A stretch of 64,000 bases of DNA from positions 79,484,001 through 79,548,000 of the forward strand of contig OZ024740.1 in the NCBI GenBank assembly GCA_964016885.1, given 5' to 3'. Positions 12,203-23,347 of the stretch are shown piece by piece. Origin of the DNA: Eledone cirrhosa (taxonomy: Eukaryota). Below the pieces are notes generated by a model. It made no database searches, was not told where the DNA came from, and saw only the letters and a list, made by a program, of their open reading frames with translations. Both the position numbers and the translations under genes were made by a program. How positions within the stretch are numbered: the stretch's first letter is position 1; each line of letters opens with the position of its first letter.

Positions 12203-12550
12203 TTGTTATACTTTGGGAGGGTCATGTTGCCAATAAGAAACACATGCACCAGTTGCTTTCACTTCAATTTATTATAAATTAAATTTATAAATTTCTGGTT
12301 GGTTGGTTCCACAACCAGACGATTGTTCATATATTGTCAAAGTTCTTTCGTCACACATTCTGTGACCTCTTCAGTGACTGGGGATTCTGTTCTTTGTTTT
12401 TGTGCCTCTCCTTTGTTCTGTCCTACATTAAAATAACAGATTAAAGTTTAAGCAAAGAATCGCTGCTTTCACCTTTAACTGGATCTTCTGAAACTAAAAA
12501 AATCAATTTATGAACGCAGAAGTAAATATTTCGAAAAACGTTACTCACTG
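12203..12550 (-). mobile_element. Penelope-like pLTR remnant in (TA)n
   Basis: 12203-12428 is the near-identical reverse complement of 55405-55647. It contains a hammerhead motif. Confidence 0.65.
12336..12378 (-). ncRNA. Minimal type I hammerhead ribozyme motif
   Basis: GTCA-CTGAAGA-G-GTCACA(gaatg)TGTGAC-GAAA-GAACTT-TGAC: canonical core, 6-bp stem II, 4-bp stem I and rudimentary stem III. Confidence 0.72.
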
Positions 12551-12580
12551 TATATATATATATATATATACACACTATAC

Positions 12581-13075
12581 CAGGTGTCGGCAACCTTTTG
12601 GAGAGAGAGGGCCAAACAGCTATGCAGTGTCATGGAGGAGGGCCATGTTATAAATAAATTTTCTGGAGGTTTAAAGCAAAACAAGGAATTTAATATAATT
12701 TTATTTTTAACAAGCTGACGAAAATGCATACTTCCAGCCAACATTTGTGTTTGTTGACTGGAACAAGAACACATACATGAAATCACAGGAAATAATAATA
12801 CAGATGATATAATGCTTGGCGGAAAGCCCAGAAAAAGATGGATAAGAGGAAATAATAATAAATGGAAAATATAATAAGGTTACAAAAATATCTGTAAATA
12901 TATACGGTATGAGCACCATTTGTGACGGGCATCACGTCGGCACAACCTTGAAGTGAACTACTGTATCTATATTCGATACTAATTAGATAATTAGTGTCCA
13001 GTGTAAGATGGCGGGCCGGACAAAAATCACTTGAGGGCCGGATGTGGCTCGCGGGTTGGGGGTTGCCAACCCCTG
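12581..13075. mobile_element. hAT (Charlie-type) MITE
   Basis: TIRs CAGGTGTCGGCAACC / GGTTGCCAACCCCTG with a perfect 8-bp TSD, CACTATAC, at 12573-12580 and 13076-13083. Confidence 0.92.
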
Positions 13076-14079
13076 CACTATACACACACAGATAGCGTCG
13101 TAATGCAGACATATTATAAGGGTGCGACGTTGTAGCTATGTATCTATCTAAAAAGAGACAAACTAAGAATTATAGAGAGAGATTGCTAAATCGCCTAATG
13201 CGGTCCCTAGGGCATGGAAAATTTGAAATATCTTTTGCTCAAAACACTCACATGACCATAAGTATTACATGTGTAAAGTTTGAAAACAATCGGTTGGGTG
13301 GTTCTCGAGTTTTAGGGAGTCAGACAGACAGACAGGCATTCTCTGTTTTAGATATATATAGATAAACACTTTAAAATCTGCCTGTCGTCTACCTCATGGT
13401 TTGTTGTCTCTGCTGACCACTGGCCGTTGCTCCCTGTCCTTTGAGGCATTTTTTCCCATTACTATAATTGACAGCATTTAGCTGTTTTAACGGCTGTTCT
13501 AGCGATGAGTTTTCTCATTTTTATATGAATAAAATAAGCAGCAGGATATCATAGACCTAGTTGATTTCAGGTGGTTTATTATCAAAAGGGTTAATTCTTC
13601 AGCCATACTTAATATCCATGGTGGATTAGAGCTGACCTGGGGCCCAACAACTACAGTAACAACTGCCCTTTCTCTTGTGTGTGTTGTTGTTATCTTGACC
13701 TTTTAGTTCAACACCAGACTTTATCATTAATCTCAATAGAATTATAATGCACTTGATTGCCTCCTTTTTAGTTTATGACCCAGTCCTGACATTTTAACTA
13801 GAAATAAATGTTTTCATTTCCTTTCGCTTTATATATGATATATATTTTAATATAACATTTAGTGCCTTTGTTAAACCCCAGGCAAGTCATGACAGATCAG
13901 AGTTATTATAAGGCATTTTAGCTGAGACCATTTGTTGTTTTGTTTTTGTTTATTTTATATATATATATATATATGACTCCATTGTCCAATATAGACATTT
14001 ATGATGGGTGAAATTTAAAGGAATAGTTGCAATTTTCAATGGCTCAAAAATCCTGTATGCTAAATTCTTTCATGCACCT

Positions 14080-15035
14080 CAGATGTTGTGATCAGGTTTA
14101 GGAGATCAGCAAAATATTCTCTCCAGTCTTCATTACATCTAACACTGCAGTGACTTCGAGGAAGAATCTGTATTTAGACTCTGGCGCATAAACTTACAGA
14201 GCCCTTTCTTTCAGTTTAATCTTCAAGAGGCAAAGCTTCCCTCCTAGTCAATAACACATTCGTCGGAATGGGATCTCCAACATGCAATTGATAGGTTTGC
14301 TGGCGAGTGCTGCACAGCAGAAATAAAAATCAGTACTGTAAAAACAAAGACACTCATCTTCTCAAGGAAGCCTATACAGTGCACTCTACATGCGAGTGAA
14401 GTCCTACTGAAGCAGGTTGAGAAGTTCAAGTATCTCAGAGCTGTGTTCATGTGTGTAATAGAAGGCAGGAAGCTGAATTAAATGCAAGAATTGCAGGAGT
14501 TCGTGCAGTAATGCACCAGCTTCAGCATTCGGTAATCAGTAGGGAGGTGAGGTTGGTGTAAAAGCCAAACTCACTATCTTCAATTCTGTATTCATGCCAA
14601 CCATTACCTATGGTCATGAATCTTGGGTAATGACTGAAAGAATATGATTGCAAATATATGATCAAAATGAGATTCCTCTGAAGGGACTTTGGAGTAAAGT
14701 TACTTGATACAGTGCGTAGCTTGGAGATCAGTGAGTCACTCAGAGTAGAGCTGCTACTTCTCTGAATTGAAAGATCACAGCTCTGACATAGAGTTAGAAT
14801 CTCTAAGAAAAGAATCACTAGACAGATTTTATAAGGAAAAACAACTGGCAGTAGGCTCAGGGGTAGACCCTGAGCAAGATGGTTGGATAAAATCCATGAG
14901 CTTAGCTGGTCTCGCTTGGGGATCCAGCTGGATCAATTGGAGACAGTTGCTCCTAACAAGACTTGCTGGAAGGAGTGTTTAAGCACTCTGCTCCTATGAC
15001 CTGCCAAGGAATAAGAGGGCAAAGAAGAAAAAGAA
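14080..15035 (+). pseudogene. Old RTE-clade LINE 3' fragment (Expander/Rex3-like)
   Basis: Interrupted translation gives LKQVEKFKYL, ELNARIAG, PTITYGHESWVMTERI and LEISESLRVELLLL. It ends in a GAA-rich tail. Confidence 0.75.
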
Positions 15036-15530
15036 ATTTTTTTCGTGAACATATTTCTAGCAAAAAATAGATTGCCTGTTATTGTTACTTATGATCAAGA
15101 TTCCAGCCAAAACTACCTCATCTTATTTTTAAACATAGTGCATTTAGGACCATATACAATGTCCTTGCTATAAAATATATAATTTGAGAGAGATGTGGAT
15201 ATTATTTTTTACAAATCAAGCTACTATGTAGATCAAACAGGGTTCAGCTGACCCATTATGGTGCTCAAGATGTCATGATGGTATACACATAACCCTCCAC
15301 AGAAAGTTAGTAAGTCTAGTTCTGTTAATTTTAACTGTTTTATTTTATTCACTCAAGGTTTGATGATGGTGCTGGGCAATGTTGACCAGATTATCAACCA
15401 ATAAAAAATACTGTTTACAATATTCTTTTACAAGTGTTACTTGATAAGCAATTAATTAATGATGCAATAAACAGCATATGTTGTACAATCTTGAATGTAT
15501 AGTAAAATGTATGTACATATATATATCTAT

Positions 15531-16175
15531 CAGTGATTCTCAACCAGTGTGTCACGAGATCTTCCTAAGTGTGCCACAAAATTAAGAACGGCACACTGAA
15601 AAAATGCGAAAAACCACGTGATTCCAATTGAGTATTCAGTCTATGGTGTAACATGTTGCACCACATAGATTTGTTCATTTAGGGATGAGCGAAATGTTTC
15701 CAAATGTCGCAATACTAAAATTTCTATATCTTTTATTGTTTCGTTCGTCATTAATATTGATCAAATGAATGGATATTGGTCAATAATTCCGACACCTCGG
15801 AAGAAAAAAATTTATATTATATCATGCATCTTTTTTCCACTTTTATGGTAGAATCTACCTCTAAAACTGAGACAAATGATATATTTCTTTTTCATCTAGT
15901 CCTAATTTTTGCTGAGATATGACCAAAAATGGTTGAAAAATGGCATAATTTTCAGTCTTTTTGAGAAAATCCAAATAAGCTATGAAGATGATTTTTAAAT
16001 TTTTAGAATCAGAAAACCAGTCATTGTACGGTAACAGAAGCCTTTTTTTTAAAAATATTTTGGAGAAAAAAAATGTTATCGTCATTAGTGTGCAAATATT
16101 TTTCATATATATTTAGCCAGGTATTTTTTCATATTCCAAGGTGTGCCGCTGGCAAAAAAAGGTTGAGAACCACTG
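15531..16175. mobile_element. hAT MITE
   Basis: TIRs CAGTGATTCTCAACC / GGTTGAGAACCACTG. Flanks ATATCTAT / ATATATAT match at 7 of 8 positions. Subterminal GTGTGCC motifs are present. Confidence 0.87.
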
Positions 16176-17482
16176 ATATATATAATGGCAAACAGTAAAA
16201 AAAAAATCTATTCATCAGTGTGATGTAATCTAATACATTTATTTAGTTAGATGTAATCAATTTAGATTATGGGCGGCAATAGAAAAAGGTTGCTGTGTTT
16301 GTGGCCTAGTGGTAAGAGTATTGGTCTCATGATCATAAGATAATCAGATTGAATTCTGCACTGCACATGTCTTAGAACAAAACACTTCATTTTACACCTG
16401 TAAAATGTATCTACAGCAGCTGGGGGCGTTAACCCCTACAGAGGTTTAACAACTGGTTCAGAGAGGGGTCTTTTCATGTGAGGACTGGGGCCCCTATCAT
16501 TAAAACACATGGGAAACCTCTGAAATGCAACCCTGTAGGAGGCCAGCTAAACTACATAGGTGTGAACTATAACAAAAACATGCTTTGATATGATGACCTG
16601 ACATTCCAGCTATGACCATACTATGTTTTGGAAGATGCCTTTCTTTTTAGATGTAGGAGTAATTAAGACATTATTCAATATGTCACTTTAGATATTTTTG
16701 TCATAAGAGATGACTTAAAGAGTTGATGTCAAGAAGGGCTTCTGCTGTAAAACATTGTCTCAAAACACCCCCTCCAATCAATGTCAGCATGGAGGTGAGG
16801 GCATAAAAACAATGACAATGATGTGATTTGAAGGAGAATGGTTGGTCATTTGTAGCAAATCAAGTGACTTTACTCTCCAATAGAAGCTGTCTCTCTCATT
16901 GTCTTGTGACACTTCTCTAGAGTGGTATATGACTTTCATAATTATTGCAATGTTGTAGTAATTAGGAAGCTTTAAGTTCAAAATAAAGAGAAAAATAAAT
17001 TGTGCATGTTAGACACTTTAGCTTCCAAATAGTGCTAGAGAAAGTTGCAGGGTGGTGGCAGACATGGCAAGGGATAGAGCAGGGTGTATAGCACAATTGT
17101 GTTAACAAGATATTTTGTTAATTCAGCTTCTGGTGTTGATACAAATAAACATGTTTAGATTTAGTTCCTATCTTGTTTGTCGCATGTTGCCTTAAGAAAA
17201 CAGTGTAAAAAGAAGGAAAATGTAATTGAAAATTTTGACACAAAAGATTAGTCTTTTTAATTGATTTCTGTTTGTCTGGTAATTAATCCAAGGAAACATC
17301 ATGCAGAAATTAGTCTATCATATTTGAAATTTCATTTTAATTTTTTCAATTTGTTCTTATTTTAATTTTATGTTGTGACCAAGATTTCAGAATGACACTA
17401 CTAACAAAGGGGCCTCTATATGGTCATTCAACATGCTTGAAATAGCAGCTAAAATCTTAAATAACTCATCATGCCTACATTG

Positions 17483-17680
17483 TACATGTGGCCTGGGCCT
17501 ATTACCATCTGTGGTGTTGGTGAGGTCACATTTTACATGTGGCCTGGGCCTCATACCATCTGTGGTGTTGGTGATGGTTGTAGTGGTGAAGCCTATATTT
17601 TATATACAGTCTGAGCTTATTACCAGCTGTGGTGGTGAGGTCTATATTTTATATCTGATCTGAGGCTATTACCAGCAGCT
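17483..17680. repeat. Degenerate tandem repeat of about 54 bp, 3-4 units
   Basis: ACATGTGGCCTGGGCCT..TACCATCTGTGGTGTTGGTGA occurs twice, followed by weaker units. Confidence 0.7.
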
Positions 17681-17842
17681 ATCCATGGACATTGTCATTA
17701 CTTACACAGTAGCAACATAAGATTGGTGAGTTTTCTCTATTGCTGTGTGTGCCAGATGACCAACTAGTGACAAGAAAGTCTGGGACTTGTCTAACTCGTG
17801 TTAGAACAACAAAAAAATAAAATGACACATTATTATTGGCGA

Positions 17843-18033
17843 GGGTGGTGGATTGGCAGTATCGGTAGAGGGTTTGACGCCATGCTTTCCAGCATAGTTA
17901 CGTCCCTTTACGATCTGAGTTCAAATCCCGCCGAGGTTGACTTTGCCTTTCATCCTTACGGGGTCGATAAAATAAAGTACCAGTAATGCACTGGATAATT
18001 GCTGGCCTTGTGCCTAAAGTAGAAACAATTATT
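17843..18033 (+). mobile_element. SINE family A (tRNA head, Meta-domain-like body, ATT tail)
   Basis: TGGCAGTATCGG A-box-like, GAGTTCAAATCC B-box, GCCTTTCATCCTTACGGGGTCGATAAAATAAAGTACCAG body. There are more than 10 copies in the window. Confidence 0.85.
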
Positions 18034-18488
18034 ATATTCAATTGTGAAGATGTTTAATAGAAACAGAATGAAGGCATTAAGAAGCTAAATTGTGTAATGT
18101 ATTAAGTCTGAAATGCCTCCACATTACTAGGAAGTGTACTGTTTCTCTCGCTCTTTCTCTCTCTCTCTCATATCGGTGCACAAGGAGAAATTTCTCATGT
18201 ACATCAATGGCCATCCTATAACCCCTCAGTGCTTAAAGCCATTCAAATCACCTAAGCAGAGGGCACACACACACAGTTGTTATGGCATGCATATGTGTGT
18301 GTGTGTGAGTGTGTACACACACAATCATTATCATCACCATCTAACGTCCATTTTTCCACCCTAGCATCGGTTAGACAAGTTATCCCATTGTGAGATAAGC
18401 CGGGTCAGATGACCACATCTTGCTGATACAGAACTGATTTGGGATTGGTTTCTATAGCTGGATGCCCTTCCTAATGCCATCCACAATT

Positions 18489-18533
<45 letters not shown>

Positions 18534-20338
18534 CATATATATATATAACTGTATGATATAAGGTGTGATGTATGAGTGCATAAATTTATCATAAATATAG
18601 TTTGCTGTGTTGAGATGTCCAGACAGTTATGTTGGAGTTAGGTGCAAAATTTAGAACTAGGTTAGGTAGTGTTAAGAAATATAATCCTCCAATATTAGTT
18701 TAACAAGGAGTGCTTGAATTGAGGTCAAGGCAATATCAATGAAACCCAATATGAAAAGTATAAAACTATTGATGTCTAGTACTATTGGCAATGGTGGGAA
18801 ATATTTTGCCTAATCATGTGCTTAGGCTGAAAAAAAATCAATGAAGCTTACCTGTTTTAATATGCGTGTAGAAATCTTTTTCTTCTTTGCCCACTTATTT
18901 CTGGTGTAGAGTGTAATGTTTATAAGCAAAAATGATTTTTTGCAGAAAAACCAAAGATCATTTCTCTAATGTTTTGTATTATCACTGACATATCACTGAC
19001 ATTTTATCAGTAATATTGTTTAGATATGGAGGTTGAAGCCACAGGTCATGTTTCTTCTCATTCAGATTTTGTGTTTTATTTTATGTTGTTTTTTTTTCCA
19101 TAGACAGTGAGTAAATTGGCAGTCATTAGAGCAGAGAACTAACAAAATGCTTTCATATGTATATATTTTGACTTCTTACATTCTGAGTCCAAATCCTGCT
19201 AATGTCAACAGCCTTTTTTTTTTATCTTTGTGATTGATATAAAGTACCAATCTAGAGCAGTGGACTTGTGGAATCATTAAAGGCAATGACTTGTGGTATT
19301 TGTTCCAATTCCTTGAATCCTGAGATCAAATCCCACCACAGCCTACTTGGGTGGTAGATTTAATTAAGGTGCCTTCAGTAGAGTTCAAGCATACAGGTCA
19401 TGATTCTTGTTTGAGGATATCTTCTTCTCTCTTTCCTACCAGCCTTGCAGGACCTGAAAAGGCTAAGTGATATATATATATATATTAAAAAAAAAACTAC
19501 TACTGAAGAAAAGGCACAGGCATAAGAAATCTTTTGCAATCACATGGTTCTGAAATTTGATCTCACTACACAGGACTTTGAGCAAGATTCTTATACCATA
19601 GCTTTGAACCAACCCAAGTCTCCAGAGGGTAATTAAGTGGACATTATCATTATCATTATCATCATCATCATCATCATCATCATCACCGTTTAACATCCAT
19701 TTTATTCATTCTATGGTTTAATCTGGAGGAAGGGGCTGTTTGACTCTTTGCAAACCCTTCAAGCCTGCCTGTGACTGGCTCAGGTTCTATGATACAGAAC
19801 AGTCACCCATTTAAAAAAAAACTTGCATCATAATTTTATGTGAGAACCTTTTGTCAATTAGATTTCAAACTTATATATTTATAAATGTGACTGTGTGTAT
19901 ATATATATATATATAATCATCACCATCATAATTTACTGTGCCTTTGGTTGTGTATAAACATACACACGTAATTGTTCTTATCGATTGTAATTGAGACCAC
20001 TCTGATGCAATGAATTTATTTCTCATATCATTGGAGTGTATAAGGACTACCTCAAAATTTTAGAACTCTTATGTTGCTTTGTTACCCAAGTGCAAATACT
20101 CCTCTGATGGATGTATTACTATATATGTGTGTGTGTGTATATGTATGAAAATGCGACAAGAAACTAACTAATATGGTGTTTACACCACAAATTAATTCCT
20201 GTTTGTGTGTGAGGATTGCCTGTAGGCTGGTTCTAATATACGCAACAACATACATCGACAAAAAGATCCAAAATAATGATGCCTACTTAATACCTTATCA
20301 TAATATAGTAAAGGGAGGAGTGCGGATTACTTTGAATA

Positions 20339-20527
20339 AATAATTGTTTCTACTTTTGGCACACGGCCAGTAATTACCCAGTACATTACTGGTACTTTAT
20401 TTTATCGACCCCGTAAGGATGAAAGGCAAAGTTAACCTCGGCGGGATTTGAACTCAGAATGGCAAGGGCCGTAACTCTATGCGTCAAAGCATGGCTTCCG
20501 ACCCTCTACCGATACTGCCAATCCACC
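20339..20527 (-). mobile_element. SINE family A
   Basis: Reverse complement of the family A consensus. It interrupts a segment that is contiguous at about 37480-37510. Confidence 0.87.
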
Positions 20528-20687
20528 ATAATGAATGAAATTACATGATTTATCTACTAAATTTCGTAGCTCTTGATTAAACATAAATATTCTTATATAT
20601 AAAGTATGGCTTATTTTAAGATTCACTTTAAAATTTTCAAATGTCAACCCTTCCAGTTAGCGTCCGTTATATTATAACACTTATTAC

Positions 20688-23322
20688 ATCATCATCATCA
20701 TCGTTTTACGTCCGTTCTTCTACGCTAGCATGGGTTAGACGGGTTGTCCTGTTGTGGGCAGTGTCTGGTCGGCTGACCATGCCTTGCTCATACAGGAACT
20801 GATCTGGCTTGATTTCTACAGCTGGATGCCCTTCCTAACACCAACCTCATTTACAGTGAGTGCTGGGTGCTTTTTCGTGGCGCCTACACGTCCACTTTAC
20901 AGTGTGGGCTGGGTGCTTTTTTGCCGTGGCACCTCCACGACCACCTTGCGGTGGGGGGAGTGGGGGCATATTGTTTATATGCTTCAGCATGTACCCATGG
21001 GAGGTCGGGTACCCTGTATTACTGCGCGACGCCAGAAGTCACGGTCGTGTGTCATTGACTTTGAGAGGTGTAGTTGGGTAAGGTCGGCTTTTATCACCTC
21101 ATCCCAAGTCATCTTGGGTCTCCCCACTCCGCGGTTTCCATCAACTTCTAGTGCTCTGCACCTTTTTATGCAGCTGTCATCCTTCATACGCATCACATGT
21201 CCATACCAGCGTAACCGCCTCTCCTGCACGCAGCATTTGATTCCTCTTATGCTCAGTCTCTCTCTCAATTCCTTTAAGCTTTGTCGTTCACGTATATTAC
21301 TGTTACACATCCATCGGAGCATGCAGGCTTCGTTTCTCTCTAATCTACGTAAGTCTTCCACCTTCAGCGCCCAGGTCTCACTACCATGCAACATCGCTGT
21401 TCGGATACACGCATCATACAGTCTGCCTTTCATTCTGAGGGAGAAGCCTTTTGCAGCTAGCAGTGGTAGTAGTTCCTTAAACTTCTTCCATCCCGTTCTT
21501 ACCCTAGTTATTGTACTTTCTGAGCACCCACCTCCGTTGCTAATTCGGTCACCTAGGTAGCAGAAGCTGTCTACTGTTTCTACAGGGCCCTCCCAGAGAT
21601 TGGTGGTACTTGTTTCCTGTGGCTGTTTGCTTGCTGTTTCAGCACAGCTGCTGCATGTGAATCCTACATTCTTAATTAAGCTTCCTGAGATCCCGCTACA
21701 TCTCTTGTGTACCCATTGTTTGCATTTGGGGCAGAGAATGGAGTTCCTACCTACACCTTTCCTACATACTGAGCAAGGCCATTTCCCTGAGGGGATCTGG
21801 GTTCTGTTTTCTCGTCTACTTACAAGGACCTTAGTCTTTGTCATGTTGACTTTGAGGCCCTTTCTCTCTAGTCCCTGCTTCCAGGTTTGGAATTTATTCT
21901 CTAGTTCTACCATAGATTCAGCTATGAGTGCGAGGTCATCAGCATACAGGAGTTCCCATGGGCATCCGGTCTTAAACTCCTCCGTTATTGCCTGCAGGAC
22001 TATGATGAACAGGAGAGGGCTAAGAACAGAGCCCTGGTGGACCCCAACCTGTACGCTAAATTCCTCGCTATACTCATTGCTAATCCTAACTTTGCTGACT
22101 GCTCCCCTATACATGGCTTGTACCGCTTTCACAAGCCATTCATCTACTCCTAGTTTTCTAAGAGCCCACCAGATTACTGCACGTGGAACTCTGTCAAAGG
22201 CTTTCTCAAGGTCGACAAATGCCAAGTAGAGTGGCTTACTTTTAGCTAGGTACTTTTCCTGTAATTGCCTCACAAGGAAGAGGGCATCAGTGGTGCCTTT
22301 CCCTGGTACAAACCCAAATTGCATCTCGTCTATATTCACCCGGTCCCTAATCAGCTGTGCTATAACTCTTTCTGTTACTTTCATGACCTGGTCCATCAAC
22401 TTTATACCTCTATAGTTTCCTCTATCTAGTGCATCGCCTTTACCTTTGTAGCAGTTGACAATGATGCTACTGCACCAATCTTTTGGTATGGCCCCTTCTA
22501 GTATTACCTGTTTAACGATACGTGTGGTTATAGTGTGACCTCCAGACCCAGATGCCTTCAGCATCTCAGCAGCTATACCCGATGGACCGGTAGCCTTCCC
22601 TATCTTCATATCTCTGATTGCCTTACTTACTATGCTGCCGCTGACTTGTACTGCTGGTCCCTCTATAGGGTCTACGTGGGGTAGGGTCTCTTCTTCCCAT
22701 GCATTCTCCTCATTTAGTAATCTATCATAATGACTCTTCCATGCATCTTTCTTCTCAGCACTTGTGAGGGCAAGCTCACCTTTATCATTCCGGATACACT
22801 TCTCTCCAATGACATCACAACTATCTCTGACACACTGCCTCGCAATCTTGAATACCTCCTGTTTCTGGTCCTCACGTTGTAAAACATGCTTGAATTTTCT
22901 ATCCTCTGCTTCCCTCCTAGCTAAGTATACTTGTCGCCTAGCTTCCCTCTTGGTCTCTATGTAATGTACCCTGCTCCCCCCGTTCTTCCATTCTTTCCAT
23001 GCCTGTCTCTTGGCCTTGACTGCTTCATCTACCTTATTGTTCCACCACCAAGTCACTCTCCTCCTGCTTGAGGTCTTACTCCAGCCACAAACCTCATCCG
23101 TCGCCTCTAGTAAGTTATTTTTTAGGAACTCCCAGTTCTCTTCTACGTTAAATGTCTCTATCTGTTCTTCTTTACTGTCGTAGGCGTTGAGTAAAATATC
23201 TTTAAATCTGTTACTGGTTGAGGGGACTTTCAGATTCCAGATCTTTCTTCTCCAGGTTGGCCTCTGTTTCCGGGTTCGTCTAGTTCTGACCGTGAGGTCG
23301 CTAACAACTAAGCTATGTCGCT
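20688..23322 (-). mobile_element. 5'-truncated RTE-clade LINE (family A) with (ATG)n tail
   Basis: RT ORF plus a 3' UTR of about 300 bp ending GGACGTAAAACGATGATGATG. The 3' end is homologous to 51787-52231. Confidence 0.93.
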
Positions 23323-23347
23323 TATATAAATGTTCATATATTTGCAT
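20984..23347 (-). CDS. RTE ORF: end of APE domain, reverse transcriptase, PHD-like finger, C-terminal domain (N-terminally truncated)
   Basis: 787-aa open frame with NYRGIKL, QFGF, FVDLEKAFD, GVHQGSVLSP, YADD, FCYLG and RLRWYGHV. It begins at HSLVVSDL, the end of the endonuclease, so the annotated Met lies in flanking DNA. Confidence 0.93.
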   Translation of the reverse strand: MQIYEHLYKRHSLVVSDLTVRTRRTRKQRPTWRRKIWNLKVPSTSNRFKDILLNAYDSKEEQIETFNVEENWEFLKNNLLEATDEVCGWSKTSSRRRVTWWWNNKVDEAVKAKRQAWKEWKNGGSRVHYIETKREARRQVYLARREAEDRKFKHVLQREDQKQEVFKIARQCVRDSCDVIGEKCIRNDKGELALTSAEKKDAWKSHYDRLLNEENAWEEETLPHVDPIEGPAVQVSGSIVSKAIRDMKIGKATGPSGIAAEMLKASGSGGHTITTRIVKQVILEGAIPKDWCSSIIVNCYKGKGDALDRGNYRGIKLMDQVMKVTERVIAQLIRDRVNIDEMQFGFVPGKGTTDALFLVRQLQEKYLAKSKPLYLAFVDLEKAFDRVPRAVIWWALRKLGVDEWLVKAVQAMYRGAVSKVRISNEYSEEFSVQVGVHQGSVLSPLLFIIVLQAITEEFKTGCPWELLYADDLALIAESMVELENKFQTWKQGLERKGLKVNMTKTKVLVSRRENRTQIPSGKWPCSVCRKGVGRNSILCPKCKQWVHKRCSGISGSLIKNVGFTCSSCAETASKQPQETSTTNLWEGPVETVDSFCYLGDRISNGGGCSESTITRVRTGWKKFKELLPLLAAKGFSLRMKGRLYDACIRTAMLHGSETWALKVEDLRRLERNEACMLRWMCNSNIRERQSLKELRERLSIRGIKCCVQERRLRWYGHVMRMKDDSCIKRCRALEVDGNRGVGRPKMTWDEVIKADLTQLHLSKSMTHDRDFWRRAVIQGTRPPMGTC

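Larger units (their letters stand above)
12037..13362 (-). mobile_element. Composite non-autonomous Helitron with nested inserts
   Basis: A|CTAG and CCTGGCGTTGCTTGGG at the left end, TATATAGA|T at the right end. Both termini are homologous to 1205-1763. Confidence 0.72.

Noticed and set aside
12455-12495. Second hammerhead-like motif on the minus strand (CAGAAGA...GAAA)
   Set aside because: Stem II has only about 2 bp and there is no convincing stem I.
19081-19112. Possible 3-nt microexon TAG|ACA|GTGAGT
   Set aside because: It coincides with the decayed 5' end of a SINE-like repeat after a T run, so it is probably chance.
20754-22964. Long + strand ORFs (268 aa, 209 aa and others)
   Set aside because: They are antisense shadows of the RTE ORF. 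Similar shadows lie over the other RTE fragments.
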